Shown here: one piece after another, positions 40,101 through 52,597 of the stretch
Layout: every line of letters begins with the position of its first letter
Numbering within the stretch: the stretch's first letter is position 1
DNA from: an uncultured Candidatus Entotheonella sp.
Lineage (GTDB): Bacteria; Tectomicrobia; Entotheonellia; Entotheonellales; Entotheonellaceae
Direction: 5' to 3'
NCBI GenBank assembly: GCA_965217185.1
Contig: OZ244252.1
Coordinates: 3,040,001 to 3,104,000 of the forward strand
DNA length: 64,000 nt
Notes under the pieces: generated by a model
Told to the model about the DNA's origin: nothing
What the model saw: the letters and a program-made list of their open reading frames with translations, nothing else
Database searches by the model: none
Translations under genes and position numbers: made by a program

Positions 40101-43100
40101 CTGCGGCCGAAGCCGGCGCCGGCGCTCTTCCTGGCGGACGCCATCAGCAGCGGCGGCTCCGTCGACGTCACTTTCGACCAGTCCCTCGATCCGGCCCCGG
40201 CGGATTACACGGACACGATCAAGGACGCGCTCGCGGGCGCCTTCACGGTCACGGTCGACGGTGTCGAGATGGAGATCACCGGCATCGGGCAGGGCGCATT
40301 CGATACCACATTGCTTCTCCAGGTCGCGTCCAGGATATACCAGGGCCAGGACGTCGTGGTCAGCTACGACCGGTCGGCGGCCGGTTCCAGTGCCCTCGCG
40401 GGAACCAACGACAAGAAGGTCGAGTCCTCCACCACGGGACAGGACGGTGTCCCCGCAGCCGCGAACTCCTCCACGCAGATTCAGCCAGAGGTCAGCATCA
40501 GCGTGGACACCGGCGCCGTAACGGAGGGTGAGGCGGTCGCGTTCACGGTCAGCCGTCGCGTCGTTGCGTCGGAGCCCTTGGCGGTCAAGCTCAGGCTGAG
40601 CGAGTCGGGCTCGATGCTGGCGAACGGGGAGGCGGGCGCGAAGACGGTCACGATCGCGGCCAACCGGACGTCGCAGAGGCTGACGGTCGGGACGCACGGG
40701 GACACGGAGTGGGAGGCGCACTCGACGGTCACGGCGACGCTCACGGCCGACGGCGCCTACAAGATTGCGGCGGGCGCGGGCTCGGCCAGGAAGCAGGTGC
40801 AGGACGACGACTTCCCGGCCGCCGAGACGGTGCTCAGCGTCGTGCCGGCGGAGGTGGACGAGGGCGCGCCGTTCACGGCGACGGTCACGATCACGACGGA
40901 GCGGAACGAACAGCCGCACGGAGACGGGGGGCAGATGCGGGTCGAGACCGCAGACGGCTCGGCCAAGGCGGATTTGGACTACACGGCGCTGACGCCGCTC
41001 ACGGGCACGCGCGGGTTCCCCGCGGCTGACTTCGGCCGGGTCGCTGTGGACGGCGCGACCCGCTACCAAGCCAGCAAGTCGGTCACGATCACGACGATCA
41101 ACGACACGCTGAGGGAGGATGCGGAGAGCTTCAGCGTCTCGATCGCGAAGGTGAACACGGGCACGGCGCCGGCGCCCGGCGCGATTGACCTGGGCGCGTC
41201 GAGCGCGACGCTGACGATTCGCGCCAACGACGCCTCGAACGACGCCGCACTGTCCGACCTGAGCTTGAGCGCAGGCGCGCTGGCGCCGCCATTCCAGAGC
41301 GACACGCTGAGCTACACGGCCGACGTCGAGTACGGCACGGAGCGGATCACGGCCACGCCGAGCAAGCGCGACCCAAGGGCGATGCTGGTCTACCTCACGG
41401 GAGACGGCAGCGACCTCGTGGACGCCGACCCGGAGACGGAGGGGCAGCAGGTCGACCTCGTGGTCGGCGGCAACGTGATCCAGATCAAGCTGACGGCCGA
41501 GGACGAGGTCACGACCCGGACCTACCGGCTGACGCTGACGCGGGCGCCGCCGCCCTCGTCGGACACGACACTGAGCGCGTTGGCTGTCAACGACGACGGC
41601 GCGGACCTGACGTTGAGTCTGGCCTTCGCGCCGGGCACGACGAGCTACGCGGCATCGGTGGTCAACAGCGTTGCGACGGTGACGGTATCGGCGACCGCGA
41701 ACCATGCCAACGCCAGGGTTGAGATCACGCCGGCGGACGCAGCCAGCGGAATGACCGGCCACCAGGTGTTGCTGTCGGAAGGCACCAACGAGATCACGGT
41801 AACGGTGACGGCCGAGGACGATTCAACGCAGGCCTACCGCGTGACGGTGACGCGCGCGGAGGTGGTGGAGAACAACGACCCGGTATTCGCCGCGGACGCT
41901 ATGGCGACGCGGAGCCTCCAGGAGAATCTCGGCGACGCGACCGTCTCCAGCGCAGCGGACCTGGGCGCGGCCTTCACGGCGACGGATGACACCGATGACA
42001 CGCTGGCCTACGCCCTGGAGGGCGGCGACGCGGGGAACTTCACCGTCAACACGAGCACCGGCCAGCTCCGCACGAAGGCAGGGGTGAACTACGACCACGA
42101 GGCGAAGTCGCAACACTTGGTGATGGTCAGGGTCGTTGACGGCTTCGGCGGCACGGACACCATCGCGGTGACGGTCAACGTGACGGACCGGGACGAGCCG
42201 CCGGTCAAGCCCGCTGCGCCGCGCGTCTCGGCGACCCCGGAAGGCCCCAACACCCTGTTCGTGGAATGGACAGCGCCCGGCAACGCCGGTCGCCCACCGA
42301 TCCAGACCTACGACGCGCAATACCGCAAGGGGACGAGCGGGGGTTGGACGGACGGCCCTGAGGACGTGACGCAAACCTGGGCGACCATCACCGGCCTCGA
42401 CGAGGCCTCCACCTACCAGGTGCGGGTGCGGGCGGCGAACGCCGAAGGCGACGGCCCGTGGTCGGATGCGGGCACGGGGAGCACGCTGAAGGAGCCGGTG
42501 ATCACCGGGGTGGCGGTGGCCTCGAGGCCGGGGCTGGAGTACGACACCTACGGGGCGGGGGAGGACATCGAGATCACCGTCACCTTCAACCAGGCGGTGG
42601 CGGTCACCGGGGACCCGGTGTTCGAGTTCTGCATCGGCCAGGATGAGTGCGAGACCGGCAACGACCCACCGTCCCGGCGGCGGGCTGCCCTCACCTCCGG
42701 CAGCGGCACCAGGACGCTGGTGTTCACCTACACCGTGGGCTCCGACGACGACCCCGACCAGGACGCCAGCGGCATCTGGATCGGCGACCACACCCGCACC
42801 CTGAAGCTGGACGCCGACGACGCCATCCGGAGCGTCGCCACCGGCAACGACGCCATCCTTGACCATGCGGCCCTCGGCACCCTCGTCGGCCACAAGGTGG
42901 ACGACTCGCGGCAGGGCGGGATACACACGCATCCTGAGTTCACCCATAGTCATGCGCATTACAGTCGTGGCAAGGGGTACTATACCCAGGACTATCCCGA
43001 CCATACCCATCCATCCCATGCGCATCCCGACGGTTCAAATTCGCATCCAACCTGGCTGCGGCCCGGCCAGCACGTCCACCACGAGCAGGAGCAACCGAAC

Positions 43101-44456
43101 CCGCTTGTCTACGTTGGTCCCGACATCCGGAAGCATGACCACTTCACCCATACGCACATCTGCCGGGACATCAAACCCAGATGCAACTCGGGCGACAACT
43201 TCATCTATGGCACATACGGCGGCGTCCTGCCCAGGGAAGTGACCCACTCCCACGCGGATGCCGAGCCGGGACATGGCTATACCTGGCCGGACCTGACCGC
43301 CAACGGCAACCGGCCTGCCGAAGGCAGCGTTTACATCGGCGGCGTATGGCGTGTTGAGGTGGGCACGACGATTTCGGCGGACACGTGGCGCGTCTCTGAC
43401 CCGGACGGCATGCGCAACGCGACGTTGCGCTACCAGTGGCTGGCCGACTACACGGAAATCCGGGGCGCCACCGGCTCCTCCTACACCGTGACTGCCGCCG
43501 AGGCGGGCAACGAGGAAGTATTGAGAAGCAGGGCCACGTTGACGGTGGCCTCGGCCAATGCACGGACATCATCCCCTGCACGGGCGAACGAGGAGACGAC
43601 GACCAGCGCGGGCCCGGCGCTGACGGCGCGTTTCAAGGGCGTGCCGGGCGAGCATGACGGGGAGCGCGCGTTCACGCTGCGCATCGCCTTCAGCGAGGCG
43701 ATCAAGGTGGGCTACCGCACCTTCCGCGACCACAGCGTGTCGGTAACGGGCGGGACCGTGATGAAGGCGCGGCGGGTGGACAAACGCCAGGATCTGTGGG
43801 AGATCGAGGTCGGGCCGGCGTCAGACGAGGAGGTGCAGATATTCCTCTCGCCGCGCGCCTGCGACGAGACGGGCGCGGTGTGCACCGGTGACGGGCGGGG
43901 GCTGTCGCACGACATCGAAGACTATGTGCTCGGCCCGGCGACCGCCCGGTACCTCATCGGCACCGCAGACGACGACACCTTCAGCGGCCAGGACGGCCCT
44001 GACGTGCTGTTTGGCGGCCTGGGAGCCGATACGATCAGCGGCGGCGACGGCGACGACACCCTCTATGGCGACGACGGCGACCCCGAGGTCACCGACCCGG
44101 GCGAGGGCGACGACCTCCTGGACGGCGAGGGCGGCGATGACACCCTGTACGGCGGCGCGGACGACGATACCCTCTACGGCGAAGCCGGCACGGACACCCT
44201 GACGGGCGGCCTGGGCGCCGATACGTTCGTGTTCGCCGCCGGTCACGGCGCCGACACGATCACCGACTTCACCATCGGGGAGGCGGACCAGATTGACCTG
44301 AGCGCCTTCGCGGGCCTTGACGGCTTCGCGTCGCTGACGCTGACGGCAGACGGCATCGACACCGTGCTGGACCTCCGCGCGCACGGCGGCGGCACGGTGC
44401 GGCTGTCGGGCGTCGCGGTTGCGGACCTGGCGGCCGAGGATTTCCTGCTGCCGTAG
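37116..44456 (+). pseudogene. Giant modular adhesin (FN3, beta-propeller repeats, HExxH domain, Calx-beta, cadherin, His-rich, RTX tail) split by one in-frame TAA at 38532
   Basis: ORFs 37116..38534 and 38781..44456 are in the same frame and the intervening sequence is open. Confidence 0.82.
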
Positions 44457-44922
44457 GGCCTTGCTCCAGGGCCGCTGGATTCCGGCGGGCGCCGGAATGA
44501 CCCTTCGGGAACGCCGGTCAGTAGGTCGGATTAGAGCAATTTCGGATCAAAACGGCTTGCATCTGGAGCGTGTCTCACTTCGGGTTTCCCTCACCCCAAC
44601 CCCCCGTTCAAGCCGGGGGCAGGCTCTCTCCCTTCAAGGGAGAAGGAGTAAACGATGTTCGGCTTGCACAGAGACAAGGGCGCAGCCCGCCGGCGAGGCG
44701 GTGGGGGGAGGTGTGGACAGGCAAACGATGCGATGTGGGCCTTATGGCACGGTATGGACATCTCACGTCTCATATCCCCCGTTCCCCCTCCCCCTCAAGG
44801 GGGGAGGGGATTTGGATTAAATTTCGGAAGCAACCTGTCTTCCTGCCAATTTCTCATTGAGCGTAGATTGAACGCAAACCGCTCTAATCGCGGTGGTCTG
44901 AAGCCAAAAGAGGGGCTTACTT

Positions 44923-45669
44923 CTAGGGGTGTTTCAACTGGCGGTCATAGAGGGCCAGGAGGCGTTCCCAGTGGCGTTCGGCGGCGGGTTTGTCGTAGCA
45001 CCAGCGCTTAGGAAAGGCGAAGCCGTGATGCACCTTGGGGTAGATTTCCAGCTCGCCGGCGATACCCGAGGCGACGAACAGGCGGCGCAATTCCTCAACC
45101 ATATCGGGCGGCGCCAGGTCATCGTGCTCGGCACAGGCGATGTACAACTCCCCGCCCACGCGGCCCAGCGACAAATGCGGGCTCTCCTCGACGTCATTCA
45201 CCAGCCAGGTGCCGTAAAACGACGCGGCCGCGGTCACCCGCTCGGGATAGCGCGCCGCGGCCGCCAGGGCGTACGGTCCGCTCATGCAGTAGCCGTGGCA
45301 GCCGACCGGGCCGTCGGCAACGGAATCCAGCCCGGCCACGTAATCCAGCATCGCCGCGACGTCCTGCATCACTGGCGGGATGGTCATGCGGGTGCGAATG
45401 GCGCGCATGCGGGTATGCTCGGCGCTTCCCTTCTCCAGCACGTCGGGGCCGAAGACGCTGTCGCGTCCGGCGCGGTAATACAGGTTGGGCAGCAGCACCA
45501 CGTAGCCGACCGTCGTCAGCCGCCGCGCCATGTCGCGCAGCTCCTCCCGAATGCCGGGAGCGTCCATCAGGAAGAACACCGCCGGGTGCGGGCCGCCGCG
45601 CTCCGGGCGGCAGACGAACGTCTCCATGGCACCGTCGGCGGTGGTTAGGTCCAGGGTCGTTTCGATCAT
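44923..45669 (-). CDS. Dienelactone hydrolase family protein
   Basis: [31 protein letters not shown]. Confidence 0.92.
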   Translation of the reverse strand: MIETTLDLTTADGAMETFVCRPERGGPHPAVFFLMDAPGIREELRDMARRLTTVGYVVLLPNLYYRAGRDSVFGPDVLEKGSAEHTRMRAIRTRMTIPPVMQDVAAMLDYVAGLDSVADGPVGCHGYCMSGPYALAAAARYPERVTAAASFYGTWLVNDVEESPHLSLGRVGGELYIACAEHDDLAPPDMVEELRRLFVASGIAGELEIYPKVHHGFAFPKRWCYDKPAAERHWERLLALYDRQLKHP

Positions 45670-46997
45670 CGTACAGCCTCCGTCATCGTGTAGCGGTTGG
45701 CGGGAATCGGCAGGCCCAAGTTGCCGTGCAGCGTGTCGGCCTCGTACTCGGTGCGGAACAGCCCGCGCTTTTGCAAAATCGGCAGGACGTGCTCGATAAA
45801 GTCGATCAGGGCGTCCGGCAGCACCGCGCCGGTGAGCATGAAGCCGTCCGCCGCGCCTGCCTCGAACCACGTCTGCATGGTGTCGGCAATATACTCCGGC
45901 GTGCCGATAAAGGCGTGCTTGGTAGTTGCAGAGCGCAGCGCCATCTGTCGCAGCGTCAGGTGCTCGGCACGCGCCAATTCCTTAATCCGATCCGTCGTGC
46001 TCTCCCAGCCGTTGCGGCCAAAATCGCCGAGGTCCGGGAACGGCGCATCCAGGTCGTACTGTGTGAAGTCGATGTCATTGAAATAACGGCCCAGGTAGTT
46101 CAGGGCGTCCTCGATGCTCACCAGATTGGCGATCTCCTCGTACTTGGCCTCTGCCTCCGCCGTGGTGCTGCCGACGATCGGCCCGCAGCCGGGCAGGATC
46201 ATAATTTCCTCCGGCGCTCTGCCGAAGCGCGCCGCCCGCTGCCTCACGTCCTGGCAGAACCGCACGCCTTCTTCCAGCGACGCCCCTCCGGTAAACACCG
46301 CGTCCGCGTGGCGCGCCGCAAAATTCTTGCCCGCCTCCGACGACCCCGCCTGGATCAAGACCGGGCGCCCCTGCGGGCAACGCGAAATGTTCAGCGGCCC
46401 CTGAACCGAATAAAACTCGCCCCGGTAATTCAGCCGGTGCATCTTGTCGGCGTCGATGAACCGCCCGCTCGCCTTGTCGCGCACGAAGGCATCGTCTTCC
46501 CACGAATCCCACAGGCCCTTGGCGACCTCCAGGTACTCATCCGCCATGCGGTAGCGCAGGTCGTGCTCCGGGTGCTCCGGACGGCTGTAGTTCAGCGCCG
46601 AGCCCTCCAGCGGCGAGGTCACGATGTTCCAGCCCGCCCGGCCTTTGCTGATGTGATCGATGGAGGCGAACTGCCGCGCCACCGTGTACGGGTCGCTATA
46701 GGTCGTCGACAGCGTGGCGGCCAGGCCGATGTGGGTCGTCTCCATGGCCAGCGCCGCCAGCAGCGTCAAGGGCTCGAAGCGGTTGAGGAAATTGGGGTGC
46801 GACTTCTCGCTGATGTACAGCCCGTCGCCGAAAAACGCGAAATCCAGCTTGGCCGCCTCGGCCCGCTTGGTCAGCCAGCGGTAGTAATCCAGGTTGATGG
46901 CGGCGTCGGCGACGGCGTTCGGGTGTCTCCAGGACGCCATGTTGCCGCCGGTGCCGGCAAGAAAGGCGCCAAAGCGCAGCATGCGTTGCGTCGTCAT
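45666..46997 (-). CDS. NtaA/SnaA/SoxA-family flavin monooxygenase (CmoJ/YtnJ-like)
   Basis: [49 protein letters not shown]. Confidence 0.9.
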   Translation of the reverse strand: MTTQRMLRFGAFLAGTGGNMASWRHPNAVADAAINLDYYRWLTKRAEAAKLDFAFFGDGLYISEKSHPNFLNRFEPLTLLAALAMETTHIGLAATLSTTYSDPYTVARQFASIDHISKGRAGWNIVTSPLEGSALNYSRPEHPEHDLRYRMADEYLEVAKGLWDSWEDDAFVRDKASGRFIDADKMHRLNYRGEFYSVQGPLNISRCPQGRPVLIQAGSSEAGKNFAARHADAVFTGGASLEEGVRFCQDVRQRAARFGRAPEEIMILPGCGPIVGSTTAEAEAKYEEIANLVSIEDALNYLGRYFNDIDFTQYDLDAPFPDLGDFGRNGWESTTDRIKELARAEHLTLRQMALRSATTKHAFIGTPEYIADTMQTWFEAGAADGFMLTGAVLPDALIDFIEHVLPILQKRGLFRTEYEADTLHGNLGLPIPANRYTMTEAVR

Positions 46998-47028
46998 CGC
47001 GACAATCCTCCCATGGCTTGGCGCCGCC

Positions 47029-48045
47029 TCACACCGGCGCGGCGCAGGTAAACAGGTCACTGAGCAGGGCGTAGGAATGGAGCCGTTTGCGAAAGTCCTT
47101 GATTGCCGTGATGACCATGATCTCGTCGGCCTGATATTCCCCTTGCAGGTCGGCAAGCTGCTGGCGCACGGTGTCCGGCGAGCCGTGGATGACCCGCGCC
47201 TGCTGCACGTCGAGCGTGTAAGCCTCGCCCGCCTGGCGGCCGAACTCTTCGGCGCCCTCCAGGTTACCCACGGTCAGCGTGCGCCCGCTCTCCAGACGGA
47301 TGCGCACCACGCGAACCTCGGCGGCGTGGGCGCGGGCTTCGTCGTCGGTATCGGCGACGATCACCGGCAGCGCCAGTATCACCTGGGGGCAGGCGGCGTT
47401 GACAGCGGCGAAGCGCTCCCGATACGTCGCCACGGCTTCCCGCATCATGGCGTCGTCGCTGTTCAGGAAATAAGCAAAGACGTACGGGATGGCCATGTCG
47501 GCGGCCAGTTCGGCGCTGGCCGGGCTGGTGCCGAGCAGAAACAATTCGGCGGGCTGCGACGGCAGCGGCGAGGCGCGCAGGCCGTGCAGCGGATGATCCT
47601 CTGTCACCCGGTCGTGCAGCAGTTGCTCCAGTTCGACGAGCTTTTCCGTCAGCGGCCGGCTTACCTGGCCGTCTCCCTGCTGCAGGGCGCGGGTGGATTG
47701 CGGCATGCCCCCGGGCCCGCGCCCGATGCCCAGGTCCACCCGGCCCGGCGCCAGCGACGCCAGCACGTTGAAATTCTCGACCACCTTGTAGGGACTGTAA
47801 TGCTGCAGCATGACGCCGCCCGATCCCACCCGGATGCGCTCGGTCTTGGCCAGCAGATGCGAAATCAGCACCTCCGGGGACGAGCCGACCACGCGGTCGG
47901 AACCGTGGTGCTCGGAGACCCAGAAGCGATGATAGCCCCATTCCTCCGCCTTCTGGGCGAGCTCGATGGTGCGCTGGAAGGCTTGCGCCGCGGTTTCCGA
48001 ATCGTACAGCGGGCTCAGGTCGAGAATGCTCAACTTCAGGGTCAC
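47029..48045 (-). CDS. Luciferase-like monooxygenase (CmoO/YtmO-like)
   Basis: [46 protein letters not shown]. Confidence 0.9.
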   Translation of the reverse strand: MTLKLSILDLSPLYDSETAAQAFQRTIELAQKAEEWGYHRFWVSEHHGSDRVVGSSPEVLISHLLAKTERIRVGSGGVMLQHYSPYKVVENFNVLASLAPGRVDLGIGRGPGGMPQSTRALQQGDGQVSRPLTEKLVELEQLLHDRVTEDHPLHGLRASPLPSQPAELFLLGTSPASAELAADMAIPYVFAYFLNSDDAMMREAVATYRERFAAVNAACPQVILALPVIVADTDDEARAHAAEVRVVRIRLESGRTLTVGNLEGAEEFGRQAGEAYTLDVQQARVIHGSPDTVRQQLADLQGEYQADEIMVITAIKDFRKRLHSYALLSDLFTCAAPV

Positions 48046-48070
48046 GGGATGTCCTTCGGAAACGAGGCGG

Positions 48071-48958
48071 TCAGATGGCGGGCGGCGGCACAACCACCCG
48101 CTCGTACGGGTGCCGGGGACCGCTGCGGCCGCCGTGCGCAAAGGCGTCGAGGGCCGCTTCGTACAGGGCCGGCTCGATGGAGATGTCGCCGGACCAGGCA
48201 TCAAGCTGCTGGTATCTGCGGATGGCCTCGGCGACGGCCTCCACCGCCATGTCCGGGAAGAAATCGGCCTCGGCCCGCGCCACCTCCGCCGGGTCCGCGG
48301 TGTGCACCCATCGACGGGCCGCCGTGTAAGCCGCGGTAAAACGCCGGGCGTCGTCCGTGGCCAGCCAGTCGGGCCGTGCCACCAAGCTGCTGAAGGCGAT
48401 GGGGCCGACTGCCTCGCCCACCGACGCCACCACGTGTGCGACGCCCTCGTGGGCGAGCTGCTGCGGGTAAGCGCCCTGTTCGTGGAAGTAATCCCCCTCG
48501 CCGTTGCGGAAGGCGTCCATCATCTCCGGCGTCGTCGGCTTGCTGATGTCCGGCACGTCGCTCAGGTCGACGCCCATCTTGTGCAGGCCGTAACGCAGCA
48601 TGATTTCGGGCTGGCCGCCGTGCACGTATAGGAATCGCCCCTTGTGCAGCTTGTCCCAGGTAAACGACGGGTCCGGCTGGCGCGACGCAATGAAAAAGCC
48701 GTCGCAGCGGTTGATCTGCGCGAAGTGCACCACCGGCGGTTCCTCGCCGCGGTCCAGCGGCGCCCATGACGACGCCACCGCCGCCTGTCCCACGTCCACC
48801 CGACCGGCACCCACCTCGGCGGGTGTGCCGGAGCCTTTGGGCACCACGGCGTACGTGCCGGTCAGCCCCTCCTTCTCCAGAAAGCCCCCGGCAATGGTGG
48901 CAATCAGCGGACTGTAAAAGGCAGAATGACGGGACACCATGAGGCGGATTTCAGACAT
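48071..48958 (-). CDS. NMT1/THI5-like ABC substrate-binding protein
   Basis: RHSAFYSPLIA..GFLEKEGL, FAQINRCDGFF. Confidence 0.8.
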   Translation of the reverse strand: MSEIRLMVSRHSAFYSPLIATIAGGFLEKEGLTGTYAVVPKGSGTPAEVGAGRVDVGQAAVASSWAPLDRGEEPPVVHFAQINRCDGFFIASRQPDPSFTWDKLHKGRFLYVHGGQPEIMLRYGLHKMGVDLSDVPDISKPTTPEMMDAFRNGEGDYFHEQGAYPQQLAHEGVAHVVASVGEAVGPIAFSSLVARPDWLATDDARRFTAAYTAARRWVHTADPAEVARAEADFFPDMAVEAVAEAIRRYQQLDAWSGDISIEPALYEAALDAFAHGGRSGPRHPYERVVVPPPAI

Positions 48959-49157
48959 ACGGCAAAGCCCTTTTGCGGAGATTTTATGCGGGATTCGAAG
49001 TTTGAAATACTAGCATGAAACCAGGGGCTGGGTCCAAGCAGCACACGCTGGGGCATGCCCCAGCTTAAGATGCAAGAACGGGTACAAATCCGTAACATCC
49101 TTATTCAACCATTCAACTGGGAACGCGGTTTACGTTAAGGTATCCAGCGAAGGAGAG

Positions 49158-49309
49158 CTAGTCGTCCAACAGCTTTGAATTGGATGAGAGACAAGAACCG
49201 TCATTCCCGCGAGGACGGGAATTCACTGATGCCGCAAAACCCTTGGACTCCCGCCTTCGCGGGAGTGGCGGATCGGCTACCCGTCATCTCAATGATTTTG
49301 GTCCACTAG
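49158..49309. mobile_element. CTAG-bounded MITE with internal palindrome
   Basis: Imperfect ~25-bp TIRs CTAGTCGTCCAACAGCTTTGAATTG / CTAGTGGACCAAAATCATTGAGATG; internal TCCCGC..GGGA hairpins. Confidence 0.6.
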
Positions 49310-49384
49310 AGCATTTCCGTATCTGATTGCATCAGGAAGATATCCGCCGGCCCATACTCCCCTTGGCCCCTCTACGGCCCACGC

Positions 49385-50323
49385 TCAATTGGCTTGCTCC
49401 GTGTCTCGTTTCGCGCCGAAGGAGCCGGTGAAATTGTCGGTATCAAAGACGCCGTAAGCCTCGCTGTGATTGGCGCCGTGGAAATTCCCTTCCACGTAAT
49501 CATCGCCGGCGTCCACGTACTCGAAACGGCCCTTAACAAGAGGCAAATTCGTCCATGTAGGTTTACCGATTGGATTACCGGCAACGTCGTCGATCCCGAC
49601 ACTGACGGTGGGCTGTGCCAAATCCGGAATTGTCAGGGTTGCAATCCCCTCCTGCCGCCTGAAGGTACGGAGCGCGACGACTTCGGCAATGCCGGTCCAG
49701 GTTGCGCCTCCCGTACCGCCGGGGTTCGTGCCAGAAACGTCGCCGAACGCGAAGGGTATGGCCATCTTCATGTTGCCGCTGAACGGGATAGAAGCAGTTC
49801 GGGCGGAGAAGGGGCCGTCGGCAAGGACTAAGCCCGCCATGCCGTGCTCGCCCCAAAACCCGTAGCCCAACGCATCCGGGATTTCGTCAATCGTGATGTC
49901 AGTAAGAAGCATCCCAAGGTCCAGGGCGCCCAGGTCTCCCTCGATAAATGCGGCGTCGAATCCATCCTCACGCGACTGGAGATTGGCTTCGTTTACAGAG
50001 ATATCGATGTTCGGGTCAATGAGGCCAGTGAGAATGGTGGCTGCTAGGTTAAGCTTCACACCCACCCCGGCGCATGTATCCATGCTACAGGAGATGTCCG
50101 GAAAGCTTGCCGTGGTCTTTTCACCCAGGACGGAATAACTCATGTGAACATTGGGCACAAGCAAGATGTCAGTTCGTTCCACAATTCCTTCAAGCCGCAT
50201 CACTCTCGAGTCTGACGCCAACTGCATGATTTCATCATCTGGCATTGCAACACCATTGTCCCCTCCTTCCCCGCCACACCCGGCAAGCAATAGCAGCAAT
50301 GTCACAACAATCAGTCGCTTCAT
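49385..50323 (-). CDS. Lipoprotein with C-terminal TbpB-like barrel
   Basis: Lipobox LAGC; ATWTG...VEGNFHGANHSEAYGVF..GSFGAKR. Confidence 0.72.
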   Translation of the reverse strand: MKRLIVVTLLLLLAGCGGEGGDNGVAMPDDEIMQLASDSRVMRLEGIVERTDILLVPNVHMSYSVLGEKTTASFPDISCSMDTCAGVGVKLNLAATILTGLIDPNIDISVNEANLQSREDGFDAAFIEGDLGALDLGMLLTDITIDEIPDALGYGFWGEHGMAGLVLADGPFSARTASIPFSGNMKMAIPFAFGDVSGTNPGGTGGATWTGIAEVVALRTFRRQEGIATLTIPDLAQPTVSVGIDDVAGNPIGKPTWTNLPLVKGRFEYVDAGDDYVEGNFHGANHSEAYGVFDTDNFTGSFGAKRDTEQAN

Positions 50324-51847
50324 GTTGGTCTCCTTAAATTGTACGGTTTCGTCCCTGTTGGCGAAGATCGTGCCTTGCCTCGCAACAATTTTAGCAGAAG
50401 TGTCCTGACGCGCTTCTCGGCACGGTCCATGGGGTGTCTTTTTGCAGTCCGCTCCGGTACAGGCGGCGTCCTGGAACACGTCCATCTCGTTCGGAAATGC
50501 GTCGCCGATGGCCAGGGAACGTTCGAGAAGATGTGTTGACGGCGCTGGCTACCACTCCGCTGCTGACCTATGTTGCGAGGCATTATACTGGCTGCCGGAA
50601 GTCACCTCGTCAAACGGCTTTCAATGCGGCACCGGCACGCCTGCTAGGACGCCGGTTTCCCTCTCTCCCCAGCCCCTGGGTCGAGTCCAGCGCAGGCTCT
50701 GTCCCGACAGGGGGGAGGGAGCGAAGGGTACAAACCCGCAACATCCTTTGCCTATACCCATTAAGTCGGGAACATGGTTTGCGTTTAAGGTATCCGGCGA
50801 AGGAACCTGTGTATGCACGACGGCATTAGCCGATCCACCGACTGAAGCGAGACCTACCCACTCAGGAAACGCGCCGCATGGTCAGGCAGGGCGTTGCATG
50901 TACAAGGAAATCCAATCCCCTCGAATCTTCCCCTAATTTCCGCGTGGCGACACGAAACGCCCGCGGCCTCCTACGACGACTCGTTGAGACACCGGCTTAC
51001 CACCGGTTTATTTCTCAAGCCGACGAGGACCAAGCATCCCTTTGGCTCCATACCCACCAACCCCAACATTCTCTCGTTGCCGAACCGGCCGATAAGCCCA
51101 CAAGCGAACCACACGATCAGGAAATTGTCTCATTCCTACGCAGCCGACTCGAAGAAGCCGGCTTTTCCACGGACAATTCCTTCTCCCTGATCATGACCAC
51201 CCATGAAGGTAAGACTTATCTCGCTGGCTGGACCAAGGACCGATGGGACAAAGCTGCCACTGACGAAAATTCAAGAACCCTCACCCGTTGGAGATCGCAT
51301 CCATGGTTTGGTCAATGCCCTTGAATAAGGGCGGACGCCACTGGATTTTCAAGCAGTCCGGCCTTGCTGAGTGTAAAATGCAGGATGTCGGCTGCCGACA
51401 GGCCAGCATTTTGGGGGACCAGCCAGAAACGGGTGCATTCTTGGTCTTCGGGCGAAAAAAGGGCCTCCGAGGTAGGTCCCAAGGAGGCCGCCTCCAGGTT
51501 CTGATAACCCTGCGTTATGTCAACTTTCCGAAAACCTGCCGTATCTGCTCAACCGCGTCCTCGACTACCCTCTCCCGTTCAACACCAAGCTTCAGACGGA
51601 TGGGAATGTATTTGTAATTGCCCGACTTCGATACATCCACATCCTCAAATAGGCGTTCAAGCTTATCAAAATTTCTGCACGAGTTTTGGTTGACCTGTAA
51701 CCACAACGGTGTGATGCCGCCCGATCTGCGCCACACACGGAATAAGAGAGCCACCGAAACGACAACTTGTTGACCATCTCCGCTATCACGCATCAGAGAA
51801 CGAGAGAAACTGGGGTATTCGTAGCTACTTGCAGCGTGACCCCTATC

Positions 51848-51994
51848 TGTAGCGACTTGAGAACATCCGGCGTTGTGCTTGAGAACATCGCCGTTTTCGG
51901 CTCAGATTATTTGAGAACGAAACGGCCTCTCGGCTCACATTATCTGAGAATGAGCGCACATTAGTTGAGACGGGCTCACCTTGTTGAGAATGAC
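51848..51994. repeat. Array of six (T/C)TGAGA motifs, four within C(T/G)CA-N6/7-TGAG imperfect palindromes
   Basis: Seen directly; spacing about 19-33 bp. Confidence 0.65.
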
Positions 51995-52597
51995 GCCGGG
52001 TGTCCACCTGGTGCCGCTTGATCTGTTGTCTCCCTCCGAGCCGCACAGGCTCCTTCTGGCAGGAAAACGGACGTTTTGCCTGCGGCTGCGGCTGACGCCG
52101 TGTACCCGGACGATCCTCGCAAGAAAACCTGTTGCGCAAAACTCTGCAAGTTTCTGAATGCGGCCCTGTCTATTCTGACGGGGGCCGGCCCTATGAGGTC
52201 ATCATCAGGACGACCGTAGCCACCAGAGACGGCTCGTAGAGGATCGTGCAACCCCTGGTCTGGCAGGTTCCAATTTCATTCTCATGAGCGTGGGTCTGTC
52301 GCAGATAATCTGGGCCCATTCGCATTTAATTCGGGCCGGACTGAAAATATAGTCAGTTAATGTGGGCCAGAAATCGCGATGATCTCGGGCCTGGCTTCCG
52401 ATGTTACTCAAGTCGCTACACATGAGATGCGACTTTCAGGTCGCAACCACACTTTTTTGCACTCCCCTTATTGCCTCGCAGGTATCCGGCCGGAGCTTCG
52501 AGACGGACTGAATCATGGGGGTGTTCCCGTTGGCTAAGGGGAACGCGGCGGCGTGCCGGGCGAGCGGGGCCGCGCGCTCCCGTGTTCGTGGTGATGA

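Noticed and set aside
20870..48339. Long antisense or alternate-frame ORFs (e.g. 20870..22324, 32506..34290, 40041..41762, 46894..48339)
   Set aside because: Shadow ORFs expected opposite real genes in high-GC DNA
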